NCBI GenBank assembly: GCA_913020725.1
Contig: CAJWCD010000119.1
Coordinates: 1 to 10,888, forward strand
Length of the DNA stretch: 10,888 nt
Direction of reading: 5' to 3'
From: an uncultured Pseudomonadota bacterium
GTDB taxonomy: Bacteria > SAR324 > NAC60-12
The position numbers and the translations under genes were made by a program. Positions within the stretch are counted from its first letter, which is position 1; each line of letters begins with the position of its first letter. The notes below the pieces were generated by a model. The model searched no databases. It had not been told where the DNA came from and worked only from the letters and a program-made list of their open reading frames with translations. Below, piece after piece: positions 1 through 7,540 of the stretch.

Positions 1-474
1 ATGCTCGATTTTGTGGAACAGTTGCCTCCGGAGGAACAGCCGATTGACGGCACTTGGCTCGTGCAGGAGTATGTGCAGTCCCGTGATCCCTTCATCACGC
101 GCTGCGAGTTCATCGGGCGCAAGTTCTTCTACGCGGTGCAGGTGAACACATCGGAGGGCTTCGAGTTGTGTCCGGCGGATGTCTGTGAGGTGGGCGGCGA
201 TTTCTGCCCAACCACCGAAGCTCCGAACAAGTTCCGCATCCTGCCTAGATTGGACGAACCGGAGCTGCTGCGTGGCTACGAAGCCGTGATGGAAGCCAAC
301 GGCATCGAGGTCGCGGGTTTCGAGTTCATCCGCAGTCCCAGCGGTGAGCTTTTCACTTACGACATCAACACCAACACCAACTACAACTCCCGCGCCGAGC
401 AGGACGCGCAGTTCGACATCACCGCCATGCAACGGCTCGCTACCGTCCTTGCCCACGAACTCGCTCGCGTTTAG
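1..474 (+). CDS. ATP-grasp fold protein (RimK/glutathione synthetase-like ligase), C-terminal part; probably 5'-truncated by the window
   Basis: ATP-grasp signatures: LVQEYV, ITRCEFIG, AGFEFI and terminal YDINTNTNYN (D/E-x-N metal-binding motif). N-terminal domains are missing, so the ATG at position 1 is probably internal. Stop TAG 472-474. Confidence 0.75.
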   Translation: MLDFVEQLPPEEQPIDGTWLVQEYVQSRDPFITRCEFIGRKFFYAVQVNTSEGFELCPADVCEVGGDFCPTTEAPNKFRILPRLDEPELLRGYEAVMEANGIEVAGFEFIRSPSGELFTYDINTNTNYNSRAEQDAQFDITAMQRLATVLAHELARV

Positions 475-514
475 CAGTAGGGCACCACATCAAGCCGAGC
501 AGTTGCGTCTGTTC

Positions 515-548
515 CTCAAGCAGTCGTGGCGGTTCCGCTACGCTTGAG
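515..548. terminator. Stem-loop between convergent genes (possible bidirectional terminator or REP-like unit)
   Basis: CTCAAG-(CAGT bulge)-CGTGGCG-GTTC-CGCTACG-CTTGAG, with one G:U pair. No clear U-tract on either side. Confidence 0.35.
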
Positions 549-655
549 CCGTCCGATCTCGAAAAACATAAAACTGCCTCACTTCTGATAGCGGTGGTTG
601 GCGTTGAAAATGCCTCGTCTCCAACGACGGGAGGCTGAGAGATGCCAATCGATGC

Positions 656-2458
656 TCACAAAGTGGTCTTCGGCGGGCGCCAAACCCGTAGGGCGGCGAG
701 CGCGACTTCCAGCAGCACCAGCACCAGCACCAGCCACAGCAGCCACTCCCGCAGACGCTCGGCGGACACTTGGCTCTGGATGTCCGGACGGGCACTGCGT
801 TCGTCAAAGTGCTGCTGCATCCGGGCCAGTTCGTCGTCACTGAGGATCGACAGTTGAGCTTCGCGCTCTGGAAGCACCACCACAAAGCGGCGTTCCGGGG
901 TTTCTTTTTCCAAGGGGAGGGTGTAGTCTCCGGAACGGAGGTGGGGGTTTCCGTTCAGCAGTTCGGCAAGTTCCCGCGATCCGGAGGCAAACGTTCCCAA
1001 CCGCTGCACCGGGGTTCGCCGCAGGATTTGCTCCAGCCAGCCCCGCACCTGATCTGCAAACGCCCGCTGCTGGTAGAGCGGTCCCCACGCGCTGGAAACC
1101 CCGGTCGTCAGCAGCCACAAATCACGCTCCTTGGCGTACTGCAAATCTAGGTTCACGGCCTCCACCTGCCACGCAGTGGCTTCCGGCCAATTTCGCCAAT
1201 CCACGCGCCACTGCGCTTCCGGTCCGGAAGGATTTTCTTGTGGTGATGCCTCGGACACGCTGCGCTTTCCCCGATCTACGTCAGGTTGCGATGTGCTTTC
1301 GTGGACAGCGAACTCGCGCCAGTCTTCAAATCGAGTGGGAATGAACAGGGTGGGCCGCGTATCCTTGGGAAGTCGGGAAATCCGTTCCGGATGATCCGCG
1401 AGCAGCAGAATGAGGTCGGGTGGAAACTCCTGCAAATCGTCCGTAGTGGTTGCCACATAGGAAAAAAACCCTGCGGCATTGAGTGCGGATTTGAGCGCGT
1501 GCAACCCGTGTCGGTACAAACCTTCGCCCCCACTGGTGGTGACCAGCGCCACCCAAAGATTCTCGGTGGCGGGTGGGAGAAACCAGCGCTCGTTGTCCCA
1601 CGTCACTGGATCGTCCAAAGCTTCCATCCGGACGAGGAGGGGTTCGTGACGTTTGAACTTTGCGCCGAGCAACACCTTTGTTGCCAACGGTTCGGTGTTC
1701 CACGTTCCCGACCACGATCCGATGTTCTGTCCATTTTGCTGCACTAGGAGTTGCACCTCGGCAGCAGTGGGCAAATCTCCGCTGATTTCCAGTTCCAGCA
1801 CGGGTTCAAACAAGCCCTCGGTGCGCAATCGAATTTTTTGCATCCGCAGGTTGGCAGGAACTTGGAGATGGGCAGAACGGTGGAAGGTCCAGCGCACAGG
1901 CTGGGTTGCAGAGGTGTAATGCTGAAACTGCGAGCGTTGAAAATCCGAGTGCAAGTGCAGGTGCAGCAACGGCGGGCGTTCGTCTTTCCGGAAACGGCCC
2001 TGAGCGGCCTCGGCGATTTGGGCGAGGGTTGGTGCTCCGGGAAATCCGGGGGTTTTGAGGTGAGTGCCCTGCTCTGGACGCAGAGCCGATTCAGGAAACA
2101 ATTCCTCCAGCGTGAGCACGGCTCCGGATGGTGCTTCCGTAAAGCTCATGCCCTCCAGCAGAGCGGTCGTGCTGGCCGTGGTGTCCCGGATCCACACCGC
2201 TTGCACGGGTTCGGGTTCACGCCAGAGCGGACGTGCCAGCAGCAGGATCAGTCCTAGTAGAATCAGGGAGCGTAGCAGCTTGAGCCACCACTCCTGACGC
2301 GAGAGCTGGAACTGCCGGTGAAGGGTTTCCGGAGGAAAGAGCAACAACGTGGAAAAACGCAGGGGTGGCTGGAGCGGGCGTTTCAGAACCGGCCATACCC
2401 ACGGCAGAGCCACCAGCGGTAGCCCCAGCAACCAGAGGGGAGCAAGAAACTGGAACAT
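656..2458 (-). CDS. BatA (aerotolerance regulator N-terminal, double-transmembrane) domain protein with degenerate vWA-like region and C-terminal TM helix, 600 aa
   Basis: N-terminus FLAPLWLLGLPLVALP...RFSTLLLF...LKLLRSLILLGLILLLARP fits the BatA N-terminal pattern. Also SDFQ, DDPVTWDNERW and C-terminal WLLWLVLVLVLLEVALA, typical of this family. Confidence 0.75.
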   Translation of the reverse strand: MFQFLAPLWLLGLPLVALPWVWPVLKRPLQPPLRFSTLLLFPPETLHRQFQLSRQEWWLKLLRSLILLGLILLLARPLWREPEPVQAVWIRDTTASTTALLEGMSFTEAPSGAVLTLEELFPESALRPEQGTHLKTPGFPGAPTLAQIAEAAQGRFRKDERPPLLHLHLHSDFQRSQFQHYTSATQPVRWTFHRSAHLQVPANLRMQKIRLRTEGLFEPVLELEISGDLPTAAEVQLLVQQNGQNIGSWSGTWNTEPLATKVLLGAKFKRHEPLLVRMEALDDPVTWDNERWFLPPATENLWVALVTTSGGEGLYRHGLHALKSALNAAGFFSYVATTTDDLQEFPPDLILLLADHPERISRLPKDTRPTLFIPTRFEDWREFAVHESTSQPDVDRGKRSVSEASPQENPSGPEAQWRVDWRNWPEATAWQVEAVNLDLQYAKERDLWLLTTGVSSAWGPLYQQRAFADQVRGWLEQILRRTPVQRLGTFASGSRELAELLNGNPHLRSGDYTLPLEKETPERRFVVVLPEREAQLSILSDDELARMQQHFDERSARPDIQSQVSAERLREWLLWLVLVLVLLEVALAALRVWRPPKTTL

Positions 2459-2494
2459 TCCGGGGGCTTAGGGGAATTGGTTTGCGGAGATTGA

Positions 2495-2638
2495 CTATCG
2501 ACTTTCAAGAGCCAAACGCTGAGCCTGCTTCGGACGATAACCGTGAAGGCCGCAGTTACGACGAACCTCTCGGCTGATCGTGGACTTGTGGAGCTTTAGC
2601 AAGGCCACAATCCCACTTTGGAAATGCCCTGCTTTCAA
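2495..2638 (-). mobile_element. IS30-family transposase remnant (N-terminal helix-turn-helix only)
   Basis: Manual minus-strand translation: LKAGHFQSGIVALLKLHKSTISREVRRNCGLHGYRPKQAQRLALESR*. This matches the IS30 HTH pattern K-A-G-x-S-Q-x-x-I-A-x-x-L-x-x-H-K-S-T-I-S-R-E-x-R-R-N...Y-R-P-x-Q-A. No DDE domain or terminal inverted repeats seen. Confidence 0.8.
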
Positions 2639-2685
2639 TTTGCATGACGTCAAAATCGGGACCTCTGAGTGAAGCGTAGCTGCGG

Positions 2686-3420
2686 TCAGTCACGGACTCG
2701 CAAAAATTCCTCGGCGTTCGGTAGGTCTTCCGGGACATCCACCCCCACACCTTCATGCTGGGCTTCCACGCAGAGCAGTTTTTCACCGTGTTCGAGGATG
2801 CGGAGTTGCTCAAGCTGTTCGGTCTGCTCCAACGGGGTTTGCGGCCATGCGTGGAAGCGCACTAGAAACTCACGCCGAAAGAGGTACACGCCGAGATGCC
2901 GCCAGATGGCAGGGGACACCTCCGAAACTTTGCGCGGGAAAGGGATGGGCGAGCGGGAAAAATAGAGCGCATGGCCGCCCGGAGCGACCACGGCTTTGAC
3001 GATGTTGGGATCGGCAATTTTAGCGGGATCGCTGAGGCGGAAGACCAACGTGGCGGCCTGCGTGTCCGGAGTAGCCTGCGCGGTTTCAATGAGTCGGGAG
3101 AGGTCGTTGCCGTCAATCGCAGGTTCATCGCCCTGCACGTTCAGCACCCACTCGGCGTCACGACCCTCGATGGCTTCGACAATGCGATCCGTGCCCGTTT
3201 GATGGTCTGGACTCGTCAGCACCGCTTCGCCTCCAAAGTCCGCGACCACTGCCCGGATGCGTTCGTCATCGGTGGCGACCAGTACCGAGCCGATTCGGGG
3301 AACGCATGAGACGCGCTCGTAAACGTGCTGAATCATCGGTTTGCCTGCGATCAGCACAAGCGGCTTGCCCGGAAAGCGTGTGGAGGTGTAGCGGGCAGGG
3401 ATGACGGCGAGGACACTCAT
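2686..3420 (-). CDS. kdsB: 3-deoxy-manno-octulosonate cytidylyltransferase (CMP-Kdo synthetase)
   Basis: IPARYTSTRFPGKPL, VATDD, TGTDRI, NVQGDEP, ALYFSRSPIP, HLGVY, EQLEQLRILEHG, GVDVPEDL. Start reassigned to ATG at 3420 (MSVLAVIPAR), which overlaps the upstream TGA as ATGA (3417-3420). Confidence 0.96.
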   Translation of the reverse strand: MSVLAVIPARYTSTRFPGKPLVLIAGKPMIQHVYERVSCVPRIGSVLVATDDERIRAVVADFGGEAVLTSPDHQTGTDRIVEAIEGRDAEWVLNVQGDEPAIDGNDLSRLIETAQATPDTQAATLVFRLSDPAKIADPNIVKAVVAPGGHALYFSRSPIPFPRKVSEVSPAIWRHLGVYLFRREFLVRFHAWPQTPLEQTEQLEQLRILEHGEKLLCVEAQHEGVGVDVPEDLPNAEEFLRVRD

Positions 3421-4073
3421 CCCAACTTCTGGAGGCAGAAGACGTGTTCCTCCAGCCACGCCAAACCACGCCGCGTCATCAAACCATCGCTGCTGGGCGT
3501 GTGCGAGATCGTCTCCAAGCGCTCTAGGGTGGTTGCGTTTCCGAACAATGCCGCCACCTCTTCAGGTGCAACGCAGTAAGGTGGTCCCTGCTCCGGAGGC
3601 TGCGGGCCGTGCAAGGTGATGAGCAGGATCACCCCTCCGGGCGCCAGCAGCGACAACAGGCGGGAAGCGTAGCGCGGACGCCCTTCCGGAGGCAGGGCGA
3701 TGAGGGCAGCGCGGTCGTAAATGGCAGGAAACGTGCCGGCGAGTTCTGGTGTGAGGTCGAAGCAATCGCCCTCGAACAGCGTGATGCGTCCAGACTGACG
3801 GCGTGTCAGCGCGCCCGCAGGCTCGGAAGTTGGTTCCAGCCCCTGTTCCTCGAAAAATGCCGCGACCGCTTCCGGAATCAATTCGTTACCGACCACCTCC
3901 GGAACACGCTCCGCCAGCCACGGCAGGTCCACGCTTTTCCCGCAAAGCGGAACGAACACGCGCTGCGGATTTCCAGCAAGCAACACCTCTGCGTGGCGCA
4001 CAAGCATGGGCTGCACCTCGGTTTTGTGAAAGCCAATCCGCCCCTCACGCCAGCGTGATTCCCACTCGCCCAT
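3417..4073 (-). CDS. tpm: Thiopurine S-methyltransferase (TPMT) family SAM-dependent methyltransferase
   Basis: WESRWREGRIGFH, RVFVPLCGKSVDLPWLA, GDCFDL, YDRAALIALP, GPPY: the TPMT-family motifs; 218 aa. Confidence 0.9.
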   Translation of the reverse strand: MGEWESRWREGRIGFHKTEVQPMLVRHAEVLLAGNPQRVFVPLCGKSVDLPWLAERVPEVVGNELIPEAVAAFFEEQGLEPTSEPAGALTRRQSGRITLFEGDCFDLTPELAGTFPAIYDRAALIALPPEGRPRYASRLLSLLAPGGVILLITLHGPQPPEQGPPYCVAPEEVAALFGNATTLERLETISHTPSSDGLMTRRGLAWLEEHVFCLQKLG

Positions 4074-4080
4074 TGTGATG

Positions 4081-4758
4081 CTACAACTCCAGTTTTGAGC
4101 GCAGCACCCGGCGGTCGCTCGGTTTCAGATGCTCGTAACGCCACTGGTGCCACGGCACCACATAGGCGTCCTCAAAGGAGGACAGCACTTCGTCCACCAA
4201 ATCGATAATTTCGGACTTCAGTGCCTCGATCTCCAAATCGTCCGCTTCCAACTGAATGTTCTTGCGAGTGCGCAGCACCACCTCACCAGAAGTGGGTTCC
4301 CGCAGGATGAAACGGACGAGCAGTTGCTCCGGCCCCTGACACTGTTCCGTGCAAGGATAAACCTCCACCTGAAAAACGAGGAACTGTTCCACGCCCAGCC
4401 CCGGCACGAGTCGGTTTGCCAGAGCGCGGTCCGAGATGCCAGTGAGGATGAGTGTGGTGCGGTAGAGCCGCAGATCGGTGCGGAGTCCGGGGCTTGCCTT
4501 GAGGCGCTGCTGCTGCTGCTGTGGGGTCAGCAGAACCCGGAATTCCTTGCGCTGCGAGAGTCGTTCCTGCACCTGCGACACCAGCGTTCCCCACGCCTCT
4601 GCATCCAATTGCGAGGGCCGGGAGTGAATGAGCAGTGCCGTGGGCTTGCGGATGTGCGGGAGCAAATCGTGTTGCGATTGCAGCACCACACTTTGGCAGC
4701 CTACGAGCAGGGTGATCACGACCCAAGCGTTGATCCAGTTGAGAAGGTAACGTTTCAT
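4081..4758 (-). CDS. Hypothetical lipoprotein (about 225 aa)
   Basis: ATG at 4758 gives MKRYLLNWINAWVVITLLVGC: basic N-region, hydrophobic stretch and lipobox LVG-C. The ORF track's upstream extension overlaps the promoter region and prfB start. Stop lies 7 nt before tpm. Confidence 0.75.
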   Translation of the reverse strand: MKRYLLNWINAWVVITLLVGCQSVVLQSQHDLLPHIRKPTALLIHSRPSQLDAEAWGTLVSQVQERLSQRKEFRVLLTPQQQQQRLKASPGLRTDLRLYRTTLILTGISDRALANRLVPGLGVEQFLVFQVEVYPCTEQCQGPEQLLVRFILREPTSGEVVLRTRKNIQLEADDLEIEALKSEIIDLVDEVLSSFEDAYVVPWHQWRYEHLKPSDRRVLRSKLEL

Positions 4759-4765
4759 ACTAAAC

Positions 4766-4794
4766 AATCTACTGGACTCTCCGGAAGCAAGCAA
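4766..4794 (-). promoter_or_regulatory. Putative sigma70 promoter for the lipoprotein-tpm-kdsB unit
   Basis: Minus strand TTGCTT (4794-4789), 17 nt spacer, TAGATT (4771-4766); the ATG at 4758 follows after 7 nt. Confidence 0.5.
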
Positions 4795-4810
4795 GCGGGG
4801 ACGAAGCCGC

Positions 4811-4839
4811 TTGTGCTTTGGCAGTCCGCTTCGTATTCT
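4811..4839 (+). promoter_or_regulatory. Putative sigma70 promoter for prfB
   Basis: TTGTGC (4811-4816), 17 nt spacer, TATTCT (4834-4839), 37 nt upstream of ATG 4877. Confidence 0.5.
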
Positions 4840-4876
4840 GACACGATTGTCAACCTTAACCAAAAGGGCGGATTTT

Positions 4877-5981
4877 ATGCTTTCCGAGGAGCTCAGCGCG
4901 CAGGTCAACGACCTTGCTGAACGGCTGGCCAGCCTAGAAGGGTATCTTTGACGTTGCGGACAAACGCAAGCGTCTCGACGAACTGAAAAAAACCTCCAGC
5001 CAGACGGACTTTTGGGAGCAACCCGCCGAGCAGCGCACGGGAGTGCTGAAGGAATCCGCCCAGCTTGAAGGCACTCTCACGAACTGGGATGCGCTGGAGG
5101 AATTGCACGGGAACCTCGCCACCGCCGTTGAACTGTACGAGGAGGAGGAGGACGCGGAACTGCTCGCCGAAATCGAGCAGGACTGCCGCAAGCTCTCCGG
5201 CAGTGTGGATTCCATGGAAATCCTCAGCCTCTTCTCCGGGGAGCATGACTCCAGCGATGCGATTGTCGTCATTCACCCCGGAGCCGGGGGCACGGAATCA
5301 ACGGATTGGGCGAGCATGCTCTACGAGATGTACTGCCGCTGGGCCACCGCTGAGGAGTACAAGCTTCAGGAACTCGATCGCCTTCCGGGCGAGGAAGCGG
5401 GCATCAAATCCGTGACCTTCTCGGTGCAAGGGCACCACGCTTACGGCAAACTCAAAGCGGAGATCGGGGTGCATCGCCTCGTGCGCATCTCCCCCTTCGA
5501 TGCCCAAAAACGACGACACACTTCCTTTGCGTCCGTTTTCGTCTATGCCGATATCGAGGAGGACATCAACATTGATATCAAGACCGACGATCTCAAGGTG
5601 GACACCTACCGGGCGAGCGGTGCGGGCGGTCAGCACGTCAACACCACCGACTCCGCCGTGCGCATTACACACCTCCCGTCCGGCATCGTGGTGCAGTGCC
5701 AGAACGAACGCTCGCAGCACAAGAACCGCTCAACCGCGCTGAAGATGCTCAAGGCGCGGCTGTTCGATCTGGAGGTGCAGGAGCGCAACAAGGAGAAGGC
5801 CGCACAGAACGCGCAGAAACGCGACAGCGCCTGGGGCAGCCAAATCCGCAGTTACGTCCTCCATCCCTACCAAATGGTGAAGGACCATCGCACCAACTGG
5901 GAAGTTGGCAACGCCCAAGCGGTGCTGCAAGGTGCCCTCAATCCCTTCATCAAGGCGGCACTTTCGCAGAAAGTGTGTTGA
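4877..5981 (+). CDS. prfB: Peptide chain release factor 2, expressed via +1 programmed ribosomal frameshift (join 4877-4948, 4950-5981; 367 aa)
   Basis: ORF1 [24 protein letters not shown] ends at CTT TGA C (4946-4952). The +1 frame continues [12 protein letters not shown]...DFW into the 5043-5981 ORF, which has the RF2 SPF motif (LVRISPFD), [15 protein letters not shown] and WGSQIRSYV. Confidence 0.97.
4936..4952 (+). promoter_or_regulatory. prfB +1 frameshift cassette (internal SD-like sequence plus CTT TGA C)
   Basis: AGAAGGG TAT CTT TGA C, against the well-known E. coli AGGGGG TAT CTT TGA C. Confidence 0.93.
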
Positions 5982-6066
5982 ATTGGTGGCTGGTGGCGGG
6001 AACCAGAATCTGCAACCACCACCCTTTGCGGATTGTTTGAACAGACACTCCGAACAAGATTGAAAC

Positions 6067-7260
6067 ATGTCCATCGCCAAGGGAATCCGGGAATCCATCA
6101 AGCGGGCTTCGTGGGTCCGGGAGATGTTTGAGGAAGGGGCGCGGCTGAGGGCGTTGCATGGGGCCGAGAACATCCACGATTTCTCGCTGGGCAATCCCAT
6201 TCTGGAGCCGCCCCCGGAGTTTCGGCAAGCGTTGCAAAGCCTGCTGGAAAACCCAGAACCGGGTTTGCACCGCTACATGCACAATGCCGGGTTCCCGGAA
6301 ACGCGGGAGTATGTTGCCGCACAAATGCAGGACGAAACCGGACTCATGTTTGCGGCGAGTGATGTCGTCATGTGCTGCGGCGCAGGCGGCGGGTTGAACG
6401 TGGTTCTCAAGACCCTGCTCGATCCGGGAGATGAAGTGATCGCACTGGCTCCGTTCTTCGTCGAGTACGGTTTCTACACGCAAAATCACGGGGGCACCTT
6501 CACACCGGTGCCGACGACTCCGGAGTTTCAGCCCGACCTTGAGGTGCTGGAAGCCGCGATCAGTGCGAAAACAAAGGTGCTGCTCGTCAACTCCCCGAAC
6601 AACCCGACGGGCGTGGTTTATGCGCAGGAAACGCTGGATCGGCTCGGAGAATTGCTGGCACGCAAAGAAAAGGAAATTGGGCACCCGATCTTCCTTGTTG
6701 CGGATGACATCTACCGCCACCTCGTTTATGATGGAATTTGCAACAGCAATGTCTTCCTCAGCCACCGCAATGCCCTGCTCGTCAACTCCCATTCAAAGGA
6801 TTTGGGGCTTCCGGGCGAGCGCATCGGCTACATTGCCGTCCATCCGGAAATGGAGGAGCGCTCGGAAGTGCAGAATGGACTGGTGCTGTGCAACCGCATC
6901 CTCGGTTTCGTCAATGCTCCGGCCTTGATGCAGAAGGTGCTGCCGAAACTTGGAGGGGTGCGGGTGGATGTCTCTGTTTACGAAAAGCTCCGCAATTGTT
7001 TCCTCGCGCTTTTGGAAGATTGCGGCTTTGAGACGGTGCGGCCTCAAGGCGCGTTCTTCCTCTTTCCAAAAGCTCTAGAGCCGGATGATGTTGCGTTCGT
7101 GCGGCGGGCACAGCAGGAGAACGTGTTGCTTGTGCCCGGCACCGGATTCGGAATGCCCGGCCACTTCCGCATCTCGTTCTGCTGCACCATCGAGGCGATT
7201 GAACGCGCTCGTCCCGCGTTTGCACGATTGGCCCAGCACTACGGGCTTGCTCGGGGATGA
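6067..7260 (+). CDS. PLP-dependent aminotransferase class I/II (aspartate aminotransferase-like)
   Basis: DFSLGNP, GAGGGLN, NSPNNPTG, DDIY, PLP-lysine motif SHSKDLGLPGERIGY, PQGAFF, VPGTGFG, FRISFC; 397 aa. Confidence 0.93.
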   Translation: MSIAKGIRESIKRASWVREMFEEGARLRALHGAENIHDFSLGNPILEPPPEFRQALQSLLENPEPGLHRYMHNAGFPETREYVAAQMQDETGLMFAASDVVMCCGAGGGLNVVLKTLLDPGDEVIALAPFFVEYGFYTQNHGGTFTPVPTTPEFQPDLEVLEAAISAKTKVLLVNSPNNPTGVVYAQETLDRLGELLARKEKEIGHPIFLVADDIYRHLVYDGICNSNVFLSHRNALLVNSHSKDLGLPGERIGYIAVHPEMEERSEVQNGLVLCNRILGFVNAPALMQKVLPKLGGVRVDVSVYEKLRNCFLALLEDCGFETVRPQGAFFLFPKALEPDDVAFVRRAQQENVLLVPGTGFGMPGHFRISFCCTIEAIERARPAFARLAQHYGLARG

Positions 7261-7540
7261 CCACGAGTGGGACGAGCACAAGCGAGCAAGCAATCTGGAA
7301 AAACACGGATTTGATTTCGTGGATGCAAACCGGGTCCACGAATCTCCCGACAAGCTGACGCTGGGTTCTGCGCGTCAAGGAGAGACAAAATGGATCGACC
7401 TCGCACCCGTCAAAGGACGCCTGCTCATGCTGGTGTATGTCATGCGCGGCGATGTCGTACGATGTATCTCAATGAGCGTTGCTAATCGAAAAGAATCAAG
7501 GTGGTACGATGAGTTCAAAATCGATGACACGCTACACTAG
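7247..7540 (+). pseudogene. brnT: BrnT-family toxin, probably inactivated (start uncertain)
   Basis: HEWDEHKRASNLEKHGFDFVDA...LLMLVYVMRGDVVRCISMSVANRKESRWY follows the BrnT pattern EWDxxKxxxNxxKHGxxF...ISxRxAxxxE. The nearby ATG (7257) is out of frame and the only nearby in-frame start is TTG 7247. The conserved ISxR arginine is Ser (AGC 7475-7477). Confidence 0.75.

Noticed and set aside
709..746. CCAGCA tandem hexamer repeat
   Set aside because: It is the reverse complement of the Leu/Val codons in the BatA C-terminal TM helix (WLVLVLVLL). The PAPAPA reading in ORF 598-843 is a shadow frame.
3421..3459. ORF-track N-terminal extension of kdsB (start 3459)
   Set aside because: It overlaps the tpm C-terminus. 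KdsB homology starts at MSVLAVIPAR (3420), supported by the ATGA overlap.
4506..4520. (CTG)5 triplet run
   Set aside because: Encodes a five-Gln stretch in the lipoprotein; too short to suggest phase variation.
4129..4920. 263-aa plus-strand ORF
   Set aside because: Antisense to the lipoprotein, runs through the promoters and prfB start, and has no recognisable motifs.
4949..4951. In-frame TGA early in prfB as pseudogene lesion or selenocysteine codon
   Set aside because: It sits in the canonical CTT TGA C frameshift site, and homology continues in the +1 frame.
5982..6066. GGTGG/CCACC imperfect inverted repeats after prfB
   Set aside because: Pairing is short and interrupted with no convincing U-tract; cannot support a terminator or ncRNA call.
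7085..7246. ORF-track 151-aa version of the toxin starting at 7085
   Set aside because: The first 54 codons are an alternate frame inside the aminotransferase; BrnT similarity begins only at HEWD.
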